A stretch of DNA of 63,505 nt, counting the filler, from Stramenopiles sp. TOSAG23-3 (taxonomy: Eukaryota): NCBI GenBank assembly GCA_900128585.1. It is 5 parts of 5 records of this genome, joined end to end, with 100 filler letters (N's around TTAATTAATTAA, not from the genome) between each part and the next. Parts side by side here need not be neighbours in the genome. Positions count along the whole stretch, not along the records: positions 1 to 12,636 come from LT642674.1; 4 more parts are not named here. The stretch is one strand, 5' to 3'. Shown here piece by piece: positions 1-9,777 of the stretch (within the stretch, counting starts at the first letter, position 1; every line of letters begins with the position of its first letter). The position numbers were made by a program, and so were the translations under genes. The notes under the pieces were generated by a model. The model searched no databases. It saw nothing but the letters and a program-made list of their open reading frames with translations, and was not told the origin of the DNA.

Positions 1-79
1 GAGCAGTGTGCAATTTGGTGTGTTAAAAAGTGGAAACTGTCGTTTGCAAACTTGAGAGACGGTGGGGTTATTCAACAGG
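1..79 (+). repeat. 79-bp exact direct repeat of 1672-1750 (1671-bp period); contig starts inside a collapsed tandem repeat
   Basis: GAGCAGTGTG...ATTCAACAGG is identical at 1-79 and 1672-1750. Confidence 0.95.
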
Positions 80-3000
80 CCCCTGTTATCCACTCCAGAC
101 CTTCGGCGATGGCGAATGTCGGCGGGTTACCAACGAGTGTGCCTGTGGCAGATGTTGTTACGTTGGAGCAAGTCCCGTCACTTCCATACGATACAATCGT
201 GCTGGGTGTAGGGGGGGCGTACATGAAAGGCAAAAACGATGGAGAGTTTATGAAAGCGTGCCCGTACTCTGCAAGCGTAGAGATGGCTATGATTGACATG
301 GGAATATCGTATAAGCTTATTCGAACACACCTTTTGGCACTGGAGAAAGAGGCTTGGTTTATAAATCTGCACCCAAAAGGGAAACCTTCCACGCCAATGC
401 TGTGGAGCCATGGACGGTGGGTGTTCGATACTTTGCCAATTTTGGATGAATTGATGAAACGTTTTCCAGAGCGTAACCACGAGGCGGTTCATGTGTTAAA
501 AGAGAATTGCAATGCACGCGGTACACTAAGGAGCGGTCCGTTGACTAAATTTGCAGGATCAGTGAATGGTAGTGCAGAGGAGTCAACGCACCGTGCGTCG
601 GTGGAGAACGCCCTTCGACCGTTTGTGGACACTTTAAGCCGAAGCAATTATCTAGGCGGGAACAGTATAAGCTTTTCGGATTGTCATTTTTCTCAACAGG
701 TAGCGTCTGCCGCTGGTTTAATTTGGTATTTGAAGCAAGTGGATATAATTGGAGAACGCCCGGCTTTGAAAGCGTACTACGATCGTTTGGCCGTGCACCC
801 TGCGTACAAAAACTCTCGTGGACCAAACAGCATACGGAATACAAAAGAGGGCATTCGTGAGTTGGAGCAAGATTATAGCGAGCAATGCGCGCATTGGTGC
901 GTGAAGAAGTGGAATTTGAATTTTGCAAACCTGAAGCACCCTGTGCCGGACGTAGTGACGTTGGAGCAAGTGCGCGGTCTGCCTTACGATACTATTGTTC
1001 TTGGTGTAGGAGGGGCGTACATGAAGGGTTCGGGAGAGTTTATGAAAGCTTGTCCGTACTCTGCAAGTGTAGAAATGGCAATGTGCGACATGCAGATTCC
1101 GTACAAATTGATTCAGACTCACCTGTTGGCGTTGGAAAAAGAGCCTTGGTTTGTTGCACTTCATCCTAAAGGAAAACCATCAACACCAATGCTGTGGAGC
1201 CATGGCCGTTGGATATTCGATACCCTTCCTATTTTGGATGAATTGATGCGACGTTACCCGGAGCGACAGCACCACGCGGTGCACGTATTGAAGGAGAATT
1301 GCGATGCCCGAGGCACACTTCGAAGCGGACCAATGACAAAGTTTGCGGGCTCCGTGGATGGAAGCGCGGAGGAGTCCCAGCAACGGGTTGCATTGGAGAA
1401 CGCTCTTCGACCGTTTGTGGATCGTTTGACCCAAGGCAAATATTTGGGTGGCGACACACTTAGTTTTTCGGATTGTCATTTTTCTCAGCAGCTGGCGTCT
1501 GCGGCTGGACTGGTGCATTTCTTAAAGGGTGTCGATATTATCGGGGAGCGTCCCATACTGAAGGCGTATTACGAGCGGTTGTGGAAGTTACCATGTTACA
1601 AACAATCCCGTGGTCCGAACGCTATTCGTGACAACGAATTTGGTATCCGAGAGTTGGAGCGTGATTACAGTGAGCAGTGTGCAATTTGGTGTGTTAAAAA
1701 GTGGAAACTGTCGTTTGCAAACTTGAGAGACGGTGGGGTTATTCAACAGGTATTCAACAGGTACCTGTGCATAGGCAGGGCTTGTCATTTAGTGGCAATG
1801 TCGGGGTTTCAGTTCAGCCCATAGTTGCGGGTAGCTTCGATAAAGAATCACAACTGCGAGCAGAGAGAGTGAGGCAGGAATTGACCCTGAAATTCAAACG
1901 GGATCAGGTAGAAAATGATCGAAGGTTAAAGGAAGAATTATTGCTTAAACAGCAAGAAATGGAACGAAAGATGGAGATTCAGAACAGAGATGCTGAACGT
2001 CGGTTTTCCGAAAGACAGCGGCAGTTAGAAGCAAAGATGGAGATGCAGGCATTTGAGCACAGAAGGAAATTGCTTGAATTCTCGTCTCTGGAGCAGAAAA
2101 TAAAAGAGAGGGAAGAGCAGCTCGCGTTTGAGCAGCAGAGGAAGGAACGAGAAGCGCTAACAAAAATGGAAATGATGGAAGAGCGGCTTCAGCGATGGGA
2201 GAATAGTCTGTCTGCTAGCAATGGTTTGTCAGGGGCAAATAAGATCAATAGTAATGCTAACGGAAGCAACAGCCAAGGAACGATGAACAATGGGCCAGGC
2301 GGAAGCAACATGAATGCGATTGCTAGCAACCAGGGTAACAACTTTGGAAACTCTGCTGGTATAAATGACTCACAAAACGCGAACAACGGGTGGGGACGCC
2401 AGGCCGAACAACAGGCAACGCAACAGTCGCATTTCCGGCATGGACAAATGCAGCAGCAGTCTCAGCAACAGCAACATCAGAACCCGCCGGACCAAAATTA
2501 TCACTTCCAGCAACGAAATTTTGAGCAACCCCAAGAACAGCCTGGCCAATTTCAATACCAGTCGCAACATGGACAGGGGCAACCACAGCAGCAGCAGTCG
2601 CAACAGCAGCAACAACACCAGGAGCGGCCAGGGTTTCAACAACAAGGAGTGCAGAATTATCAGCAGCAGCAGCAACAACAACAACCTCCGCGGCAACAAC
2701 CTCCGCCGCAACAACCTCCGCCGCAACAGCAGAGTTGGCAGCAGCAACAAGAGCCCCCGCCGCAACAACCTCCGCCGCAACAGCAGAGTTGGCAGCAGCA
2801 GCAGCAACCCCCTCCGCAGCAGAGTTGGCAGCAGCAGCAGCAGCAGCAACAACAACCTCCTCCGCAGCAGAGTTGGCAGCAGCAGCGACAACAGCCCCCG
2901 CAACAGCAGCCGCCCCCACAACAACAGCAACAGCCACCCCCACAGCAACAGCAGCAGCCAGCATGGCAGAATGGCCAAAACCAAGGCTGGCAACAGCCCC

Positions 3001-3239
3001 CACCTCAAAATTATGGTTCGTACAATCAAACGCCTCAGAATAACCAGCAAGCGCAGTATCAGCAACCGCCACCGATACAGCAACAATATCAACAGCCCCC
3101 AATGCAGCCGCAGTACCAAACTCCTCCTGCTCAACCGCAGTCGCCACAAAAATCTCAAGGTGGGTTCACCCCGACGTTGACCCCTGTAGCAACTGCCCCC
3201 CCGGCCGACGACGAGTCCGAAGAAGGGTTTTGTTTGTGA
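1..3239 (+). CDS. 5'-partial multidomain protein: tandem GST/DHAR/CLIC-like domains followed by coiled coil and Q/P-rich low-complexity tail; frame shifts at an 11-nt duplication (1750-1760)
   Basis: Frame is open from base 1 (EQCAIWCVKKW...). It has two ~260-aa homologous domains, each with CPYS, KPSTPML (cis-Pro region) and YLGG..SFSDC (GST C-terminal N-cap). ORF 1701-3239 continues IQQVPVHRQ... into a coiled coil and polyQ tail. Confidence 0.75.
2450..3140 (+). repeat. coding CAG/CAA/CCG-rich repeat (polyQ/polyP, recurring PPPQQ(Q)SWQQQ units)
   Basis: CAGCAGAGTTGGCAGCAGCA recurs four times; the translation is Q/P-rich. Confidence 0.9.
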
Positions 3240-3362
3240 AAAGTGACATTACCAGTATGATATCATATGATAATGATAACATATCATATGATATTAAAAT
3301 TTAGAATAGAGAGAGCATTTAATTTTATTATTTGAAGAACTTTTATGATAGCTTATATATAA

Positions 3363-3892
3363 TAAAATGAGAGTCTTAAAACATACTATATATTTTGGTT
3401 TTTTTAATAATAATTAAAGAAATTCTAAAACAATTACGCCGCTGCTTTGAAAATCACACAAGGAATGAGTCACTTAGCTTATGTGTCAGATACCGCTCCG
3501 GATAGTTCATGGACTCCACTTTAAAAAAAAATGATTGACAATCATCAATGAGACGAAATTACAGTTTAATTACTTAAATAACAGCCAATTTTCTTGTTTT
3601 GAGTGAGACACCGGACGAGGAAGTTGATTATGGGTCATCTGGAAGCATTGCTAATCCACCTACCGATTCAGATTATGAATGGAGTACAATTGAGAATGAT
3701 AGTCAACACTAAGTGACAAGGGCATATCGATTAGTAAAACCAAAAGGGCAAAGAAAGTTCGAAGTACATGAAGGAATGTAAACCTCGAATGTTTAAATTC
3801 AGAGTTCAGTTCGGCAGTACATTAATTTTAATTACTTAAAATAACAGCCAATTTTCTTGTTTTTAAAAGAATAGCCAATTTTTTGTTTTTTA
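3363..3892 (+). repeat. AT-rich dispersed element, shares blocks with 38609-38694 and 56597-56723
   Basis: TAAAATGAGAGTCTTAAAACATACTATATATTTTG at 3363-3397 is identical to 38660-38694. TTTAATTACTTAAATAACAGCCAATTTTCTTGTT occurs at 3565, near-identical at ~3827, and at 56690. CGCTCCGGATAGTTCATGGA and GAGGAAGTTGATTA..TCATCTG blocks also recur at 56.6 kb. Confidence 0.85.
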
Positions 3893-3893
3893 A

Positions 3894-5287
3894 TTAATTT
3901 TCTTCTTGCTTCAATTCCAACGCAACGAAGTAGTCTCGGATAAACTCAAAGTATGCATCTTGGTCAAAGTCACCGCGAAAAAAGTTACAACTGAAGTTGC
4001 CTTCTAACAAAAGCATGCCATCGTTTTCAGTAAACGCTACGTCCCAGCCGCACAGCGGCACATGGGGAATTAGCCGCAAATGCGCGTCCCGGACGAAGTC
4101 CATCATCTCTTTCATGTTGGGGATCACGTTTCCGGTAATCTTCGTGTTGTTGTCCGGGTGGTGGGTGTAGTTGTGCTCCGACACCCACGGGGTCGTGAAC
4201 ACTTTCGAAAACCCCCGCTGGTACCAGTGTACGTTGGTTGTGCCACGCTTTATCTCTCCCTGGGGTGAACATTGAAGAGGATCGCGGAATGGTCCGTCTT
4301 CGCGTTTGTTCTACCGGCGCGCCAAACGCACGATAGCGCCTGGATGTCATCTATCATGATCGGTTTGTTCTTCAATTTCCCCGGCAGCCCCCGGAGCCCC
4401 CCCCGGGAGGCGCTGATGATTCGAAACGTGGACAGCGGCGCGTTTTTCGGAAGCATCGACTTTAAAAACGGCCCGTTGTCGAGCTTTCGCTGTATAATCC
4501 AGTCCCCGCCCACGCTGGCATTCTTGAAGCTCTCAAATCCCAACCCACCCTCTTCGTTCCTATGTTTGCACACGATGCCCGACATCTTCATGTAGGGTGT
4601 CACAGCGACGTTCTTCCTCTCCGCCTCCAACAAAAATTCCCATTTGTCTTCCAAACGGTAGTCTTTGTTGCCGGTCACACCCGCGTGAAGGGTTGCAATG
4701 CGGCAGTTGAGCCGCCAAAAGCTGAACCAGTCCTGGGGGGCGACTAGCTGCTCAACGAAGCTGTCGGCTGTCTTTCGAACGCCCTGAAGCTTTCCAGCGT
4801 TCAGGGCAGCCACGAGCGCGCACGCTGGGTATACTGCGACGATGAAGAGGAAGGTCAGGATTTTCGAGTGCGCGAACGTGCTCAACGGAATCCCTGTGCC
4901 GGGGAGCGCAACGTCTCTCAAATTTTTCACCATGTCATCCTGAAAGGTGCCATTCCTGTAGTGGGGTTTGCTCCACAAACTGAAAATGATCGACAGGGAG
5001 TAAACGTGGCACCGTGAGTGCAAACTGCCTGGAAAGTGCGGGCAGTCTCGGAACGTTCCCCCTTGGACCCAAAAGTAGTAGAGGGCACTGTAGTATTCTG
5101 CCAACGCACGAAATGTGCGGTTGATGGCGCCCTTGTTTTTTTGGGACAACATCGCGTACGCGACCGCGGAGAGCACCATGGCACCCCCCGCGACGTATCC
5201 CACGACCACGGTGGACGACACGATAACGTTCGTGGCAAGCTTCCCCACCCTTAGCGTTTCGTGCGGTAACATTTGAAGCAACGACAT
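3894..5287 (-). CDS. membrane-anchored ATP-grasp protein (sugar-transfer-associated ATP-grasp-like), split by a frameshift near 4260
   Basis: ORF 4250-5287 has EDKWEF, KHRNEEGGLG, IIQRKL and STFRI. It continues in another frame as GEIKRGTTNVHWYQRG...HHPD...GWDVAFT...LLEGNFS, the ATP-grasp C-terminal E-x-N motif. Confidence 0.7.
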
Positions 5288-6774
5288 AATGGTGCAATAG
5301 AGTTGTACACAACCAAAACTACTATTTACAAAACTGCTGTAATTGATTGATTAATGCGTTGTAGGTTTGTGCTTTTACCTATATTTTTTTTACCTATAAA
5401 TGAAAAAAGAATTACTTTCCACTTTTATATCTGAACATTTAATGGAGTACAACGCATTCAATGAAAAGAAATGAAAGTCTCAAAAAAGCACTACTTCTCA
5501 ATATTATTTAATGTAGTACTGGTAGTTCGTTGTTATTATTGATGATGTCTTCTTCTTCTTTCTTCTTTCTTTCTTCTTCTTTTTCTTCTTCTATGTTAAT
5601 ACTATACGGTACCAGATAGGTATTATAAATACAAGTATAACTATAACTTTTTAACTTAAAAAATTAGATTAGCATATAAATAGAGAGAAGGCCTGGCCTG
5701 ATTCGTCATCTAACATACTTTGTTTTTCACCAATGCTATTTATATGTTTTATTTTTTATATTGTTCATTGATCAAAATAGAAGTTCTATTTCCTGTTCTA
5801 TCTGTGTTATTTTAATGCTGAATCCTACTATCCTACTTATTTTTATAAAATTTAAGAATTGTGGTTCTATTTTATCCTTCCTTTTCTTTCTCCTTTTTCT
5901 TCTTCCTTCCTTCCTTTTCTTCTCCTTCCTTTTCCTCCATCTATTTCTGCTTCTTAAATCTTCTTAAAGTTGTTCTGAAGTTCTTAAATAAGTAAGTTCT
6001 AGGAAAAAATGAGAAAATTAGGAAAACTGTTGCTGTGTTCCTGTATTTAATAATAATATTTTTGGTCAAATTCATTGCTTTTTCCTTCTTCTTCGAACAA
6101 TTCTAGAACAATTATTCAAGAAGAAAGTTATTCCAGTTATTAGTCTCTTTCTATTAATACCATGGTACCTTTGGTATTATACGGTACGAACCTGTACTGT
6201 CCTCGTGGTCGTCTAGTTTAAATCCTTAAACCAATTCAAACAAATTCAGGAATATAATACAAATAAGATAATATAGTATATATAATATAGTACTAAATAA
6301 ATCACTTTAGTACCTATATATTATTCTTATTTTAAAGCTTAAAAGCTTTAATTAATCGAAGTGGAAGTGGAGTGCAAGTGCCAGAAGAAAGAAGAAAGAA
6401 GAAGATGGAGAATGGAGAATTTGGAGATGGAGAATGGAGAATTTGGAGATGGAGAGAAGAAGATGAAATATTAGTTATATAGTAGAGATAAATATCCGTT
6501 TTAAATTTTTTTTTGTTGTTCGTTCTTCGTTGTGATTGATGATTGATTTTATTTTGTTGTTGAAAAGATATACTACAGTGTATATATACTCTTCTTTTCA
6601 TTCATTCACATGACTAATAAATAATATAATATAGAAATGTATGTCTATATATATATATTTATATCTGTATTGATTTTAACTTTTTAACTTCAATGTTGAT
6701 GATTTTTTTCTTTCCTTCTTTTTCTTCTTTTTTGTTTTAGAACGAGAGTTGAAGCGGGACAGGTTTGTTTTACC

Positions 6775-7926
6775 ATGCCGCTGTCAAAGCGGGAAAGGAA
6801 AAAGGCTTGGCGAAATTTGCTGGCTACCAAGTATGAACTAAAGGATCGGGGGTACGAGTTGGAAGTCGATGAATTCGTACGGCGCAAGCTGGGGGAAAAA
6901 CAACGGGAAGCGAGCTTTAACCCATGGATGGCTTACTTGAAAGCGGAGCGTAAGAAAGATGAACTAAACGCAGCTGCCCCGGCGCGCCGCCCAGACACGG
7001 TCCCCACATCGTACGGCCGCACTCGGAAAGCGGCGACGCCAGAGCCCGCACGGGCGCCCCACCCCAACTTCAAGCGAGCCCCATGGTCCGCCCCGCATAA
7101 GGCAGGCGGCCAGGCGCCCACGGAGGACTCTCCATTTTTGCCACTGACAACGCCTTCCCCTAAACGGGGCCCGTACTCATCCCCACCAAGGTCTCCAACA
7201 CCCGGGCCGTCCCCAGCGAGTTCTAGCCCGTATGCCCAGATGCCCCCCCCCGGCTTTGTACAAGACCCCGAACATTACCAAAGCCCGTCGCAGTGGCGAA
7301 TGATCCGGGAAGTTCACCTGCGGGCAAAATCCGGCCGACAGAGCTACTCCTTTCCGAGCTGGGGAGAAAACTCCTCTTTGCCTCAGCTCTCCCCCACCGC
7401 AAGCGGCAAGAAGAAGAAGCGTTCGAAAAAGAAGCGAGCGATCGGCGCCGCGGGAGACAACGGCGACGAGGAGGAGCCCCTGGAGAAGGACTTTTTTTCA
7501 TATTTGAAAAAGCAACGGAAAAAAATGAAGGGGGAAAAGCCGTCTTCTTTGGTGTACGGTCGTATCGTCGACAGGCCCCCCGCAGATGAATTGTTTAGAA
7601 AGACCCTGGGGTTGGAGCAGGACAAGCTGAAACTGTGCGGGCGCCACCCGTCAAAAATTTTGCCCATTCCAACGTTGGACAAGGAGGGATTCCATCGCAT
7701 CGTCGATCAGCACACCGAGATGGACCACATACGGGAAAATTTAAAGCTGATGGAAATAGAAGAAGCGCGGGAATACCGCGTCCGCAAACACTTGCGAGAG
7801 CAGGCAATGTTGAAGAAGAATGCCGAATCGGAGGCCAAAATCAAGCTCATGCTGGTACGAATAAAAAATAGAGTAGCACTGATGTGCTTGCGAGCATGGA
7901 ACGAGCCTCTTCAATGGACCATATAA
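6775..7926 (+). CDS. hypothetical basic, Pro/Ser-rich protein with coiled coil; probably 3'-truncated
   Basis: 383-aa ORF in GC-rich coding-like sequence after an AT-rich spacer. It overlaps the convergent ORF by 80 bp. Confidence 0.6.
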   Translation: MPLSKRERKKAWRNLLATKYELKDRGYELEVDEFVRRKLGEKQREASFNPWMAYLKAERKKDELNAAAPARRPDTVPTSYGRTRKAATPEPARAPHPNFKRAPWSAPHKAGGQAPTEDSPFLPLTTPSPKRGPYSSPPRSPTPGPSPASSSPYAQMPPPGFVQDPEHYQSPSQWRMIREVHLRAKSGRQSYSFPSWGENSSLPQLSPTASGKKKKRSKKKRAIGAAGDNGDEEEPLEKDFFSYLKKQRKKMKGEKPSSLVYGRIVDRPPADELFRKTLGLEQDKLKLCGRHPSKILPIPTLDKEGFHRIVDQHTEMDHIRENLKLMEIEEAREYRVRKHLREQAMLKKNAESEAKIKLMLVRIKNRVALMCLRAWNEPLQWTI

Positions 7927-9355
7927 GGAACGGCTGAGCGGTTACCTTCAAGAGAATGGAGTCTTGATTGGCTTTGTCGCACTCTTTTTTCTTGTTGACG
8001 GCGTTCGAGTCATCGACCGTTTGGAGAAACCATGATACTTGCACGAGGCAAGGAGGGTGCGCCTGGGCGTGAGTGTCTGGGTGGTACGCTACCCGGACGA
8101 ACAAGCTGTCGTCCTCGCTCACCAGCTTTGTTCGCACGAGCCTCTCGTCCCAAGAATCGATGGTGTCGTGGAAAAGCAACTCTCCCCTGTCACTCACTAC
8201 CGAAACCGTGGCCACTGCTCGGGGGCTAGATTGGTAGGATCCATCGTTGGCCCAATCCACCACCAATGACAGCACATACTCATCAGGTGCAAATGCCGTC
8301 GCGTCTATTTCGACTTCGGTGGGCGCGTCCACGCCTAGCTTTCGAAGGAACTGAACGCCCTTTTTCAAAAACTTAATCTCTTGCTGAAACGCACGGACGA
8401 CCTCAACGCCTTTGCTGCTCGGTCCCACTGGTATTTGCAGCCCCGCAGCCATAGCATTTGCCAAGCGGCGCTTTGAAACCTTGGCGCAGTACTCGTGCAT
8501 TGCTGCTTCTCGCCTTCGTAGAAACCCAGAGCTTGTATCCGGACGCACGTTTGCGGAGAAGCTTACATCTTCAAAGTGCCCGGGTTGGTCAGGGCCTAGA
8601 TTTTTGAACAGGCGCGCGTTCGTGTGTGATGTGTTCGCTTGCCACTTGATGTTTTTCTGTGACTCTTCATCAAGCCATGGCAACCACTCCGTGGTCATGA
8701 CGTCCAAGTCCCCGTCCAAATCGTAATCCCCGACGGCAATAGTGAACCCGCCTGTCCATCTGTACTTTCCGACCTTCTGATTTCCCAAACCTCTTTCCAG
8801 GGCTTTCTCAACGAATTTACCTCGCCCATCGTTCACAAACAAGTAAAAGCGCGCATCTCCCACCGTACTGACGTACAGATCGTTGTCGCCGTCGTTGTCA
8901 ATGTCAAATATGATGCAGCCGTTACTTCGAATCGATGGGTAAAATAGTTGGCTGCGTGTCGTGACGTCCTCAAATGTGCCGTTTCCGTGGTTAAGAAAAA
9001 GAGCGTCCGATCCGTCAAAGATAGGGTAGTACAAGTCGTCTATCAAGTCGCCATTTATATCTCCAATGCATGCCCCACCAGTGAGAGTCTCTTCCATACA
9101 GAACCCCCCTTTGTCCCACCGTTCGAGGTTTTCATCAAAGCTAGGAAAAATGCAGTTTGGAGCCGTCCTAACTTTGCTCTGCACATGGTTGTACATTGGC
9201 GTAAACTTGCTGACATCCGTAAAGTAGGGAGGAACGAACTCCCCCTGGTTCCCAGATCGACCGCCAAAACGTTTGTAACAGGAAGCCCCCAGCGCCACTG
9301 GAAAAGAGACAAGCAAGCCTAGGATCACGCTTAGGATCATTGCCGATCGATTCAT
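7847..9355 (-). CDS. secreted FG-GAP repeat (CRTAC1/ASPIC-UnbV-like) protein, probably 3'-truncated
   Basis: Signal peptide MNRSAMILSVILGLL. FG-GAP calcium motifs GDINGDLIDDLY, FDIDNDGDNDLY and GDYDLDGDLDV, plus LFLNHGNGTFEDV. Confidence 0.75.
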   Translation of the reverse strand: MNRSAMILSVILGLLVSFPVALGASCYKRFGGRSGNQGEFVPPYFTDVSKFTPMYNHVQSKVRTAPNCIFPSFDENLERWDKGGFCMEETLTGGACIGDINGDLIDDLYYPIFDGSDALFLNHGNGTFEDVTTRSQLFYPSIRSNGCIIFDIDNDGDNDLYVSTVGDARFYLFVNDGRGKFVEKALERGLGNQKVGKYRWTGGFTIAVGDYDLDGDLDVMTTEWLPWLDEESQKNIKWQANTSHTNARLFKNLGPDQPGHFEDVSFSANVRPDTSSGFLRRREAAMHEYCAKVSKRRLANAMAAGLQIPVGPSSKGVEVVRAFQQEIKFLKKGVQFLRKLGVDAPTEVEIDATAFAPDEYVLSLVVDWANDGSYQSSPRAVATVSVVSDRGELLFHDTIDSWDERLVRTKLVSEDDSLFVRVAYHPDTHAQAHPPCLVQVSWFLQTVDDSNAVNKKKECDKANQDSILLKVTAQPFLIWSIEEARSMLASTSVLLYFLFVPA

Positions 9356-9777
9356 CACCACCCTTCTTAACACAATTTGCCTTGTCCCCATACAAAATGT
9401 TCTTTGACATGCGTTTTGTTTCTCCAATATGAAGAATAATTTACTATGTTGTTCAGGAATAATGTTTCAGAAAACGGACAAACGAAAACTTGATGGAATG
9501 AGAGAAAAAAGAATCGCGTCGTCTAACAACAAACAGCAGACAACCAAACACATTTTTGAATTTTTAAAATGTGTTATTATAAATAATGCTGTGTGCTGTG
9601 TGTGTGTATAAAAAAAGCTGCTGCTTTTTTAAGAGGAGATAATTTTTTAATATTATTATTATTACATTTTTTTCTCATTTTTTTATTTAAAATTAAAATA
9701 TAATAATACAAAACGAATTATTTTTAATTTTTTCACATGAGATTATTTATTCAATGTTGATTCTTGATTACTTAAGA

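Noticed and set aside
2323-3180. Poly-Ala, poly-Leu and poly-Ser/Asn ORFs
   Set aside because: Alternate readings of the CAG/CAA repeat in the polyQ gene.
3565-3892. CRISPR-like array (34-bp repeat with spacers)
   Set aside because: Only 2-3 copies with irregular spacing (~260 and ~30 bp), no cas genes, eukaryotic context.
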